From Candidatus Brocadia sp. (GTDB lineage Bacteria; Planctomycetota; Brocadiia; Brocadiales; Brocadiaceae): a stretch of DNA of 32,000 bases. Positions 18,229-27,271 of the stretch are shown in pieces. Under the pieces are notes generated by a model that searched no databases, was not told where the DNA came from, and was given only the letters and a program-made list of their open reading frames with translations. A program made the position numbers and the translations under genes. The stretch is taken from assembly GCA_021650915.1 (NCBI GenBank), contig CP091279.1, positions 90,001-122,000 of the forward strand, read 5' to 3'. The first letter of the stretch is position 1; every line of letters starts with the position of its first letter.

Positions 18229-18337
18229 CTAGTATACAGACATATTAATAACGAAACATATAAATGCTGTTTTGCAGCACTATATAACTATAATTGTCCA
18301 CAATATATAATTCGTAATTAATATGTCTGTATACTAG
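18229..18337 (+). repeat. 109-bp palindromic MITE-like element, copy 2
   Basis: 27-bp terminal inverted repeats with one mismatch (CTAGTATACAGACATATTAATAACGAA / TTCGTAATTAATATGTCTGTATACTAG). It is in the same orientation as copy 1. Confidence 0.85.
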
Positions 18338-18718
18338 CAGCAAGGTTTCGCCGTTGTTGCCGGGTTTAGGTCGTATATAACTTTATTTTATAACCTAAAT
18401 TTTGCAAATGAATTTATCCTTACATCGCTTGAACCTTGTGTTCATTGGAGTAGAAGCTTTTTTTGAAAAATTTTTCATCACGTAAAAAGTGAAGGAAAAA
18501 CTCTACTGCAATTACATCAAGTCCAATAGCTATGGATTGTTGCATACTACCGCTCTGTTTTATTTGCAGAATTTAGGTATAATTATAATCGAGACTAGAT
18601 TCTCGTTAGGGTTGATTTTATCGAAACAACCTCTAAAGGGGATTCGTTTGGCAGGTAGTTTAACTAATGACACCAATCATGTGCTTGCATATTGAACAGT
18701 GAAAAGCTAAAATACGGC

Positions 18719-19099
18719 ATGGAATTAAATCACATTGGTATAACAAATAAGAACGAATTGCAGGCGATACAGTTCTATCAGGACTTTTTGGGCCTTGAAA
18801 AGACAAGAGAAATGCTCCTGGCCCCAGAACTTTCAGGGCAATTGTTTTCTCTTTTTCAGGAAATCAAGGTATTGGTATTTGAAAAGCCTGGTCTAAAGGT
18901 TGAGGTATTCATATCCGATTTTCAACATGCCAACCCAAATTTCATTCATTTCGGCCTGATGCTGGATAATTTTACAGAGATAACCGAGAAGGCGCAGCGG
19001 TCTCATGTGGAGATTATCGTCGGAAAACATAAGGAGAAGACCGTGTACTTTCTTAAGGATTTTTCCGGCAACCTGATTGAAATAAAACAAAAATCATAA
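18719..19099 (+). CDS. VOC-family (glyoxalase/bleomycin-resistance/dioxygenase fold) protein
   Basis: About 126 aa counted from ATG at 18719 (MELNHIGITNKNELQAIQFYQDFLGLEK... HFGLMLDN ... GNLIEI), which fits the beta-alpha-beta-beta-beta VOC pattern. The ORF track starts at TTG 18692. Confidence 0.7.
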   Translation: MELNHIGITNKNELQAIQFYQDFLGLEKTREMLLAPELSGQLFSLFQEIKVLVFEKPGLKVEVFISDFQHANPNFIHFGLMLDNFTEITEKAQRSHVEIIVGKHKEKTVYFLKDFSGNLIEIKQKS

Positions 19100-19368
19100 G
19101 GCAACAACAACATTGACTATCTCCTTGATCCCTTCCTTGCGAAAGCGGGGCTGAAAAGGGTGGTAGATAAGAGATAATACAGTATTTTGTTCAAACTGAA
19201 ATACGAGGAGAAGTGTTTCAAGAATTTGTTTAACAGGGGACATCTGCGCCAAAAATACTCAGTCCTTTGCTCCTGTTGTTGGTTGACCAAAAAATTCACA
19301 AGTGCAATTCATACGGCGCAATTTACAAAAGATCAGTTTTTTTCATCGGAGGTAATAAAATAAATCCT

Positions 19369-20883
19369 ATGTCGTCAAACGGACTGGATGCAAAGACATT
19401 TTTCGAACATGAAGGCGGTATTACGTATAACGATTTTATTCTGCTTCCGGGTTATATCGATTTTTCGCTCGATGAGATCAGTCTTGAGACATACCTCACC
19501 CGCAATATTAAGATCAAAAGACCCGTTATCAGTTCACCCATGGACACGGTAACCGAATCCAGAATGGCAATCAGCATGGCCATGCTGGGGGGAATGGGCG
19601 TTATTCACTATAATAACAGTATCGAGAGCCAGGCAAAGGAAGTGCGCCGGGTGAAGAGATATGAAAATGGATTTATTACAGAGCCAGTCGTTCTTAGTCC
19701 AAACAATACCATACGAGATGTCGATGCGCTCAAAGAAGCGTACGGTTTTTCAGGGATCCCCATTACTGAAGACGGCACCCTGAACGCGAGACTGGTTGGT
19801 ATTGTTACAAAGCGGGATATCGATTTTGAAGCAGATCGAACCAAGAAGGTAAGAGACGTCATGACCACACAGCTAGTTACTGCACCAGCCGGCATTTCCC
19901 TTGCCGAAGGGAACAGAATTCTTAGAGAAAGCAAGAAAGGCAAGCTTCCTCTTGTGGATAAACAGGGACGTCTCGTGTCCCTGATGAGCCGCACTGATCT
20001 TCTGAAGAATGCAGACTTTCCCTGTGCTTCGAAGAGCAAGGATAAACAACTGATCGTGGGCGCCGCCCTTTCTACCCGGGAAGATGATAAAGAACGCCTG
20101 GATGAATTGGTAAAGGCTGGTGTCGACGTTATCGTTATTGATTCATCCCAGGGTAATTCTGTTTTTCAGATTAATATGATCCGGTACAGCAAAAAGAAAT
20201 ATCCGCATATTGATATCGTGGGTGGAAATGTTGTTACTGTCAGCCAGTGTAAGTCGTTAATTGACGCCGGTGCTGATGCCCTTCGCATCGGTATGGGCAG
20301 CGGTTCAATCTGTATAACCCAGGACACCCTGGCGGTTGGAAGGGCACAAGGGTCGGCAGTCTATCACACGGCAAAGTTTGCCCGAGAATACGCCAATATT
20401 CCGGTTATCGCCGATGGTGGCATCGCCCACATCGGACATATCGTAAAGGCGCTGGCGCTGGGGGCGAGTACCGTCATGATGGGTGGTCTCCTTGCCGGCA
20501 CCAGTGAATCGCCGGGTGAATATTTTTATGAAGGTGGTGTGCGAGTCAAGAAGTACCGCGGTATGGCATCTCATGAGGCGATGGAAAAAGGAGGCGGGAA
20601 ACGATACCTTTCATCGGAAGATCGCATAAAAGTAGCGCAGGGAGTTACTGGCACGGTTGTGGATAAGGGATCTGTCATTAATCTCGTTTCATATCTGATG
20701 CAAAGTTTGCTGCATTCTTTGCAAGAGCTTGGATACCGGAGCATCCAGGAACTCCGTAACGGCATCTACGATGGCACCCTTCGTTTCGAAAAACGTTCCC
20801 AATCCGCGCAGGTGGAAGGGAGTGTCCATAACCTTTATTCATTCAAGGAACCACATCTGGGATTACTGAGAATGGGGAGATAA
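19369..20883 (+). CDS. guaB: inosine-5'-monophosphate dehydrogenase, eukaryote-like type, with a CBS pair
   Basis: Catalytic loop [20 protein letters not shown], plus [15 protein letters not shown] and GASTVMMG. The probable start is ATG 19369 ([12 protein letters not shown]); the ORF-track start at 19267 adds an implausible leader. Confidence 0.95.
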   Translation: MSSNGLDAKTFFEHEGGITYNDFILLPGYIDFSLDEISLETYLTRNIKIKRPVISSPMDTVTESRMAISMAMLGGMGVIHYNNSIESQAKEVRRVKRYENGFITEPVVLSPNNTIRDVDALKEAYGFSGIPITEDGTLNARLVGIVTKRDIDFEADRTKKVRDVMTTQLVTAPAGISLAEGNRILRESKKGKLPLVDKQGRLVSLMSRTDLLKNADFPCASKSKDKQLIVGAALSTREDDKERLDELVKAGVDVIVIDSSQGNSVFQINMIRYSKKKYPHIDIVGGNVVTVSQCKSLIDAGADALRIGMGSGSICITQDTLAVGRAQGSAVYHTAKFAREYANIPVIADGGIAHIGHIVKALALGASTVMMGGLLAGTSESPGEYFYEGGVRVKKYRGMASHEAMEKGGGKRYLSSEDRIKVAQGVTGTVVDKGSVINLVSYLMQSLLHSLQELGYRSIQELRNGIYDGTLRFEKRSQSAQVEGSVHNLYSFKEPHLGLLRMGR

Positions 20884-20926
20884 ATTTTACGCGGTCAGTA
20901 TCAGTATTTCCTGATGTCCTTCAGCC

Positions 20927-22273
20927 ATGATCGTTAAGCAAAGTGCCATAGAGGTCGTTAAGACCTTACAAGAGCGCGGTTATAAAGCCTTTTTTGCGGG
21001 TGGCTGTGTGCGCGATATGATTATGGGAAAGGAATCTGCCGACTATGATATCGCTACCAGCGCCTCGCCACAGGACGTCATGAAACTCTTCGAAAAAACT
21101 ATTCCGGTTGGCGCTCAGTTCGGAGTGGTCATTGTTGCCAAAAATAGTCATACCTTTGAGGTAGCTACCTTCCGCACAGAATGTTCTTACCGTGATGGAC
21201 GTCATCCTGATTATGTAGCCTTTAGCACCCCAGAGGAGGATGTCAAACGAAGAGATTTTACCATAAATGGCCTGCTTTACGATCCTGTAACGAATGAGAT
21301 CCTTGATTATGCCGGCGGGCGGGAAGATATTTCCCAGGGGATAATCCGAACGATCGGAGATCCCATTATGCGATTTACTGAAGATAAGCTGCGTATGATA
21401 CGGGCAGTGCGCTTCGCATGCCGATTTCAATTTCCCATTCATCGTGATACCCAACAGGCCATTATCCGGCTTGCATCCCAAATTCACGTAGTGAGCGCCG
21501 AACGCATCCGGGAAGAGATGGAGAAGATCCTTACCGGCCCCAATCCACATATCGGTATCAAACTGCTGGATGAGCTTCATCTCTTGCACGAGATCCTCCC
21601 TGAGGTATCCCATATGAAAGGCGTACGACAGCCTGAAAATTTTCATCCCGAGGGAGACGTCTTTGTGCATACCCTCCTGTGCCTTTCCAAGCTTGTGCCA
21701 CTCGCGGAACAGGGGTTGGACAGACCGTCATTTACCCTGGCCATGGGTGTGCTCTTACACGATATTGGAAAAACGGTCACCTTTGAGGAGTCTGACCGAA
21801 TTCGGTTTAATCTCCATGAAAAGGTGGGTGCAGACATGGCGGCAAGGATCTGTGATCGATTGAAGCTATCTCATGCTGAGAAAGAGCGAGTCGTTTGGCT
21901 TGTCCTGAAACATCTCTATTTTAAGGACGCCCAAAAGATGCGTCTGAACAAGCTCAAGAGACTCTTTGCAAACGAAGGGTATCCGGAACTGGCAGAGTTA
22001 TGCAGGATTGACGCCCTTGCAAGCAGCGGCGATTTGTCTGACTACCACTTTTGTCAGGAGATGTTCAACAAATTGAGCCATGAAGAGGTCAAACCCAAAC
22101 CTCTGATTACTGGCCACGACCTCATCGCTATGGGGCTCAAACCAGGCCCTCTGTTTAAAGATATTTTAACGAAGATCGAGGATGTGCAGCTCGATGGCAA
22201 CATTACAACAAAGGAGGCAGCCATCGAAGAGGCAAAGGCATTGATTTCTCAAATGAACACAATTCATAAATAA
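20927..22273 (+). CDS. cca: CCA-adding tRNA nucleotidyltransferase (class II) with a C-terminal HD domain
   Basis: Motifs: GGCVRDMIMGKESADYDIAT (GG..RD..DxD head), RDFTINGL, and the HD motif LLHDIGK. 448 aa. Confidence 0.9.
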   Translation: MIVKQSAIEVVKTLQERGYKAFFAGGCVRDMIMGKESADYDIATSASPQDVMKLFEKTIPVGAQFGVVIVAKNSHTFEVATFRTECSYRDGRHPDYVAFSTPEEDVKRRDFTINGLLYDPVTNEILDYAGGREDISQGIIRTIGDPIMRFTEDKLRMIRAVRFACRFQFPIHRDTQQAIIRLASQIHVVSAERIREEMEKILTGPNPHIGIKLLDELHLLHEILPEVSHMKGVRQPENFHPEGDVFVHTLLCLSKLVPLAEQGLDRPSFTLAMGVLLHDIGKTVTFEESDRIRFNLHEKVGADMAARICDRLKLSHAEKERVVWLVLKHLYFKDAQKMRLNKLKRLFANEGYPELAELCRIDALASSGDLSDYHFCQEMFNKLSHEEVKPKPLITGHDLIAMGLKPGPLFKDILTKIEDVQLDGNITTKEAAIEEAKALISQMNTIHK

Positions 22274-22300
22274 ATTTTTTCTATGGGGAGGAAATCTACT

Positions 22301-23893
22301 ATGGGCAAACTTTATCTACTTATAAAGCAGTCCTTCGTCAACATCCTTTTATTTACAGGAGCATTTATTATACCCACTCTTTCAGCCATTTCCTTTGCCG
22401 TAGAAACACGAGATACCAGTCCGCAAGCCACCGAAACACCTATAGCCAAAACGACTGCCACGCCACAGCGAATATTTGGCAACATGAGATTCCGCCACGA
22501 AATGGCAGAGCTTCTGGGAGAGAAGGTGGGGCCGGACGATTCGGGTGATGTCTATAATGCCGGTGGGCTTGCAAGCTATTACACAGGCCCGAAGGAACTT
22601 TTTCCGGGAAAAGGAAAATTCGGAGAACTCTACCGGTTTTTACCCATGGTACGGTGGTATGACCCAGCGTATTATTATAATGCCGACGGCTTTCATCCGG
22701 GAAGTACCGTGAACGGTGAATTTACCAACGACCAATGCGTCACCTGCCATAACATCGAAAATCCGGGTATTGTAACGCAATGGAAACAGAGTAAACATGG
22801 GACGCCACCCGAAGGGAAGGATGTAGTTGGCTGTGACCGCTGTCACGGGAAAAATCATGAAAAGCTCATCATGCCCACGTATGCCCTTTGTGGTGAATGT
22901 CACGAAAAGCAGCTAAAAGGGCATCGTGAGGGTGGCCGCGGTTCCCATGCCCATGCATATCATCTGGAGCTGATAGATCAGGGATGCCAGATGGAAAAGC
23001 CTGCGGAAGAAACGGCTGCCTGCATTGCCTGTCATGCCATTGCAGAAAATCGGTGCGATGGATGCCATACACGACACCGTTTTTCTGCGGCGGAGGCGAG
23101 GAAACCCACCAGTTGCGGGGTATGCCATTCCGGTCCTGAGCAGTATGAATACGAGATGTATATGCAGTCGTATCACGGCATGGTATATCAGGGTGAAGGG
23201 CAGAACTGGGACTGGACAAAGCCGTTGAACGCCAAAAACTATGTGGTTCCTACCTGTGCTTACTGTCACATGTCTGAAGGAAATCATAATATTCTTAATA
23301 TGTCTACGGTCTATACCTATATGGGTACCTCATTAGTAGACCGTGGGGCATACCGGTATAAAGCAACACGGGATGCCTGGATTAATACTTGCAAGGGCTG
23401 CCATTCACCGCGGTTTGCCAGAGACCATTTAGAGGCCATGGACGAGGCGGTAAAACTGAGTTTTACCAAATACCGCGAGGCGATGGTTATTGTCATGGCT
23501 TTATATACCGATAATCTCATTGATCCCATGCCCAGCGATTTAGCCCCCGATTCGAGAGGGCATAGTACGTTCAGCCTTTTGCCTGGTAAGGGCGAGATCC
23601 GGAAATACAATGTTTCAAATATCGAACGATTGACCTACGAGATGCTCGTGGACATCGTTGGTGCTATTTATAAGGCAAAGGCGCACAATGCCTATTATAG
23701 CCCGGTCTACGGATACTGGGAATGGGCGCAGGACAGGTGGCTCATTCAGATCAAGGATGAGGCGAGCAAACTCAAACGCTTTGCCGGGATTGAAGAGAAA
23801 GTTGGCATCAGACACACATCCTACCCCTTTTGGAAACACGGGGAGTATACGGACATGTTGCTTGGATGGAAGCGGAAGGAATGGGGGAAATAG
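22301..23893 (+). CDS. hao: octahaem hydroxylamine-oxidoreductase family protein (second paralogue; candidate cross-link Tyr retained)
   Basis: Eight CxxCH motifs: CVTCH, CDRCH, CGECH, CIACH, CDGCH, CGVCH, CAYCH, CKGCH. HAO signature CDGCHTRHRFSAAEARKPTSCGVCHSG. An N-terminal hydrophobic signal is present. GGGGAGG precedes ATG 22301; the ORF track starts at 22283. Confidence 0.92.
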   Translation: MGKLYLLIKQSFVNILLFTGAFIIPTLSAISFAVETRDTSPQATETPIAKTTATPQRIFGNMRFRHEMAELLGEKVGPDDSGDVYNAGGLASYYTGPKELFPGKGKFGELYRFLPMVRWYDPAYYYNADGFHPGSTVNGEFTNDQCVTCHNIENPGIVTQWKQSKHGTPPEGKDVVGCDRCHGKNHEKLIMPTYALCGECHEKQLKGHREGGRGSHAHAYHLELIDQGCQMEKPAEETAACIACHAIAENRCDGCHTRHRFSAAEARKPTSCGVCHSGPEQYEYEMYMQSYHGMVYQGEGQNWDWTKPLNAKNYVVPTCAYCHMSEGNHNILNMSTVYTYMGTSLVDRGAYRYKATRDAWINTCKGCHSPRFARDHLEAMDEAVKLSFTKYREAMVIVMALYTDNLIDPMPSDLAPDSRGHSTFSLLPGKGEIRKYNVSNIERLTYEMLVDIVGAIYKAKAHNAYYSPVYGYWEWAQDRWLIQIKDEASKLKRFAGIEEKVGIRHTSYPFWKHGEYTDMLLGWKRKEWGK

Positions 23894-24351
23894 AATCTGG
23901 AGTTTATTACGCATTATCGATAAAACTTTATCAGAATTATATTCGTATCGTGGATTTCTGACATAAAATAAATTAACCGGTGTTTATGGTGATCCATATG
24001 CGTGGGTCATCAAACTGGTACGTCGTCACAAAAAACGTTTGTTCGGTTTGTCATACACTATCGAAGGCATACTACGATAATGAAATCAAACGAACAAGAG
24101 GCCTTTCGAGTGGTTCATTCAGGACATACGCTGAATTTGAATATTGCTGTGTATTTTACAAGAAATGTAACGCTGTGAAAGTCGAGGTGCTGTCATGGAT
24201 TGCCTCTAATACTCGATATACCAAGTGATACAAACGCCATATTGGCAGACTCTGTCGAGAGCTTACGGTTAAACGGGCTGCCCCTCTGTGTCAATAATAG
24301 TTGGACACTTTACCCCATATAGTTTAGTGTAGGGCGTAAAGGAGAAAGACT

Positions 24352-24843
24352 ATGAAAAACAGGAGTACAATAAGTTTGAAGACAAATAACACGCCAGGGG
24401 AAACGGAAGGAGCCCGTAGGGCGACTGGAGTTTCCCCTGGCGGCGCAATTCAAAGCGATCATTTTCCTGACCCTGAGGTAACCGAGAAGGCTGTTCGGAG
24501 GAAATTCACCGCGAAATACAAACTCCGCATCCTTCAAGAGGCGGAAGTCTGTGCCACACAGGGTCAAATGGGGGCGCTTTTACGCCGTGAAGGACTCTAT
24601 TCGTCCAACCTCACTACATGGCGTCGTCAACAGAAGAAAGGCGCCCTGGAAACGCTTTCCCCAAAACATCGCGGCCCAAAGGCGAAAAATATCACTCCCT
24701 CCGATCGTCGTATTGCTGAACTGGAAAAGGAAAACTGTCAGCTGAAAGAGAAACTCAAACAGGCAGAAACCATTATTGACGTCCAAAAAAAACTCTCGGA
24801 AATACTTCGGATACCGCTCGATCCAACCGGAGAGAAAATATGA
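24352..24843 (+). CDS. IS3-family transposase OrfA (HTH)
   Basis: 163 aa. HTH region KFTAKYKLRILQEAEVCATQGQMGALLRREGLYSSNLTTWRRQ, followed by a leucine-zipper-like tail. RBS AAAGGAG is present. Confidence 0.9.
   Translation: MKNRSTISLKTNNTPGETEGARRATGVSPGGAIQSDHFPDPEVTEKAVRRKFTAKYKLRILQEAEVCATQGQMGALLRREGLYSSNLTTWRRQQKKGALETLSPKHRGPKAKNITPSDRRIAELEKENCQLKEKLKQAETIIDVQKKLSEILRIPLDPTGEKI
24785..24792 (+). promoter_or_regulatory. A8 slippery run; candidate -1 programmed ribosomal frameshift site joining OrfA to OrfB
   Basis: CAAAAAAAAC lies in the orfA/orfB overlap. The orfB frame (-1 relative to orfA) stays open from this run through the annotated orfB. Confidence 0.7.
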
Positions 24844-25718
24844 TGCGTGCCGCTGAATCTCTTGCTCAACAGGTGCGTATCAAAAAGGCCTGCAAGGCGC
24901 TGGGTATCCCAAGAGCGACTTACTATTACTACCAGAAAGGGAAACATGACCTCGTGGGAAAAAGAGGTTATTCGACTCCTCCACTGGCATTATCTGAGCA
25001 AGAACAGCAAGCGGTACTTGATATCTTACATAGTGAACGCTTTATGGATAAGGCCCCGCATGAGATTTATGCAACGTTGCTTGATGAAGGAACCTACCTG
25101 TGCTCCACAAGAACCATGTACCGGATCCTTGAAAAACATGGTGAAGTGCATGAAAGAAGAAACCTGGTGCTCAGACCCCATTACCAGAAACCGGAGCTCC
25201 TGGCAACGGCCTCCAATCAGGTATGGTCATGGGATATTACAAAACTCAAGGGGCCTGCAAAGTGGACATATTTCTATCTCTATGTCATTCTCGACATCTT
25301 CAGCCGTTATGTCGTCGGATGGATGGTTGCATACCGTGAACTGGCCGCATTGGCGCAACGACTTATCGTGGATAGCTGTCAAAAACAGACTATCAGGCCT
25401 GAACAACTGGTAATCCACGCTGATCGTGGATCAAGTATGACATCCAAGCCTGTGGCGTTTCTTCTGTCTGATCTGGGAATAACAAAAAGTCATTCTCGTC
25501 CTTACGTCAGTAACGACAACCCTTATTCGGAGGCACAGTTTAAAACCCTCAAGTACAGGCCGGATTTCCCGGATACTTTCGGCTCAATTGAGGATGCCAG
25601 GGTCTTCTGTAAGAGCTTCTTCACCTGGTACAATACAGAACATCGTCATTCCGGCATCGGTCTCTTGAAACCAGAAGACGTCCACTATGGACGTACGCAT
25701 CAAATTGTGAAAGAATGA
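24840..25718 (+). CDS. IS3-family transposase OrfB (DDE/rve integrase domain), probably C-terminally defective
   Basis: The DDE region includes WSWDITKL, IHADRGSSMTS, SRPYVSNDNPYSEAQFKTLKY and WYNTEHRHSGIG. The TGA at 25716-25718 is in frame with the continuing family-typical sequence SLVLKTAFENHPERF, and similarity is lost shortly afterwards. Confidence 0.85.
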   Translation: MMRAAESLAQQVRIKKACKALGIPRATYYYYQKGKHDLVGKRGYSTPPLALSEQEQQAVLDILHSERFMDKAPHEIYATLLDEGTYLCSTRTMYRILEKHGEVHERRNLVLRPHYQKPELLATASNQVWSWDITKLKGPAKWTYFYLYVILDIFSRYVVGWMVAYRELAALAQRLIVDSCQKQTIRPEQLVIHADRGSSMTSKPVAFLLSDLGITKSHSRPYVSNDNPYSEAQFKTLKYRPDFPDTFGSIEDARVFCKSFFTWYNTEHRHSGIGLLKPEDVHYGRTHQIVKE

Positions 25719-25727
25719 AGTCTTGTC

Positions 25728-25919
25728 TTAAAAACCGCCTTTGAAAATCACCCTGAACGATTCAAAGAAATTCCCCTTGGTTGGTATCAAGTTGTTAAAA
25801 AATGGGGTCATCCCCTGCGCATAACACAAGGGATGTAAACTCCCCTGAATAACAATACGATCGAAGCAAGAGAGAATACTGCGGATATGTTCTGAATAAG
25901 TCTCTGTTAAGAGTCTCAT
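25728..25919 (-). pseudogene. N-terminal fragment of an unidentified gene, abutting the truncated IS3
   Basis: The translation begins MRLLTETYSEHIRSILSCFDRIVIQGSLHPLCYAQGMT. Its last ~16 codons are the antisense of the IS3 orfB tail. The family is not identified with confidence. Confidence 0.3.
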
Positions 25920-26469
25920 GGGATATCTTGTTATTGTTTCAATACTAACCCGGATGTCTTGGAGTGGAATGTAATGTAAAAATAGTACACAAACAGGGGG
26001 AAGCGCTACTAAAATAAGCGATATTCTGGCTTGTTTTGGTCAGATACTATTTCGGCCAGAAGATTTAAATTATTTATAAAATCTTCCGATATATGGAATA
26101 AACATTGTTTGTAACCATTCGGCGAGATTAATTTAGAATTTACTTAACGCTTAATATGGGAAAAGAAGTCAGTTGTGGTATGTAAAGCTGTAGATGTGGC
26201 CACTATAGTCTATTGGAAGCTTTTGGAAAGGGAGGTGTGGGACCGGGAAATCTTTCCTTGATCGCAGAGAGAAGCAGGATGAAGGAGGAAAGAAAGGTTG
26301 ATGGACAAGAGGGTTGTGAAGGAGTAACGCTGAAACTGAAGGTGCATGCGACCTTGTGTTACAGTATTAATTGGTCCCCGATAAGAGAATCCAAGAGTAT
26401 TTTGAAGACCGGAGGAGATGTCTGTGAATAGAGATTATGTGTGTAACTTTAACAAGAAGGCCTAATGGT

Positions 26470-26857
26470 CTTTGGAAGCTTTCGAGAAAAAGATCAAGGC
26501 AGAACTTACAAAATCAGAAGTGATGCACGTAGATGAAACGAGCCGGAAGGGAAAAAGGAGGAGGGTAAAAAGGGTAAAGAAGCGGATTTTTTTGGGACGA
26601 TTGTGGGAGTGAGAAGGTGGTGCTCTGAGGTTTATGGACAATAGAAACCTTCTTTTTACGAATAATTTAGATGAGAACGATATTCGGATGACAAAGGCTC
26701 AGCGGAAGACATCGATCTGTTTTCGTCCTTTGGAAAGAACGAAGATTTTCTGCCGTGTTCGTCGTTATTTCTCGGTCTGCCGGTAACAAAGGATAAATTG
26801 CGCCAAGCATTCCAAATGCTGTTCCGTGGAGAGTCGCCTGATTTAGTCAGCTTGTAG
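26470..26857 (+). pseudogene. IS66-family transposase remnant (frameshifted C-terminal part)
   Basis: Three pieces in different frames match the IS66 Tnp C-terminal consensus (FTNN.AE.DIRM.K..QK, FCR.RSY.S): SEVMHVDET; FMDNRNLLFTNNLDENDIRMTKAQRKTSICFRPLERTKIFCRVRRYFSVCR; and DKLRQAFQMLFRGESPDLVSL. Stops and frameshifts interrupt it. Confidence 0.7.
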
Positions 26858-26944
26858 CGGTAGTGTGCGAAAGTCGTTGAGTAGTTATCAAATTTCATGC
26901 TTTGGATTTTGTCTTTTCCGACTCGTTCGGGTAAGGAGGATAAT

Positions 26945-27271
26945 ATGACAATAAAAGATGTTTCTGATGCTTCTCTGCATACCAGAGGCGTTAATTTAAA
27001 TTATATTGAGGAAAATCAATTGCGAATAAAGAGTAATAAGGAACATCAATCTGAAGAAAATAAAGATGATTCTATCTATATTTCCCAGGAAGCAAGAAAA
27101 TTGGAACAGACGATTACTGATCTTAAAAAACTTGCGAACGAGATACCTGAGGTAAGGCATGAAAAGATGGAGGAAATTAAACAAAAAATAAAAGAAGATT
27201 TTTATGACAGGCCTGAAGTGATTTTGCAGACAGCTGAAAAAATCATGGATGTTTTTGGTACTAAGAAGTGA
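26945..27271 (+). CDS. flgM: anti-sigma-28 factor FlgM
   Basis: 108 aa counted from the ATG preceded by AAGGAGG. The C-terminal segment EVRHEKMEEIKQKIKEDFYDRPEVILQTAEKIMDVF fits the FlgM C-terminal sigma-28-binding pattern (VR.EKV..IK..I..G.Y.V....A.K). The ORF track starts earlier, at 26897. Confidence 0.75.
   Translation: MTIKDVSDASLHTRGVNLNYIEENQLRIKSNKEHQSEENKDDSIYISQEARKLEQTITDLKKLANEIPEVRHEKMEEIKQKIKEDFYDRPEVILQTAEKIMDVFGTKK

Larger units (their letters stand above)
24287..25790 (+). mobile_element. IS3-family insertion sequence, apparently truncated at the 3' end (boundaries approximate)
   Basis: orfA and orfB lie in the 0/-1 frame arrangement. The candidate left end TGTGTCAATAATAGTTGGACAC at 24287 resembles IS3-type IRL sequences. 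No matching right inverted repeat is found downstream. Confidence 0.75.

Noticed and set aside
20966-21670. Long antisense ORFs inside real genes: 234 aa opposite cca, 233 aa at 28963..29664 and 190 aa at 7464..8036 opposite the IS transposases, 196 aa at 10451..11041 and 180 aa at 10938..11480 opposite HAO and the dihaem cytochrome, 147 aa at 15934..16377 opposite Fic, and several opposite mfd
   Set aside because: In each case the opposite strand encodes a protein with clear family motifs. The antisense translations are Arg/Pro/Ser-rich with no recognisable domains.
23980-24228. 82-aa ORF downstream of the second HAO containing a CxxCH motif (CSVCH); possible small cytochrome c
   Set aside because: It has no signal peptide or hydrophobic N-terminus and no RBS. 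It starts with GTG, its composition is odd, and I recognise no family resemblance. A single CxxCH in a random ORF is not evidence.
24847-25413. 188-aa ORF in a third frame inside IS3 orfB
   Set aside because: The overlapping frame encodes the DDE integrase domain with clear IS3 motifs. The alternative frame has no recognisable features.
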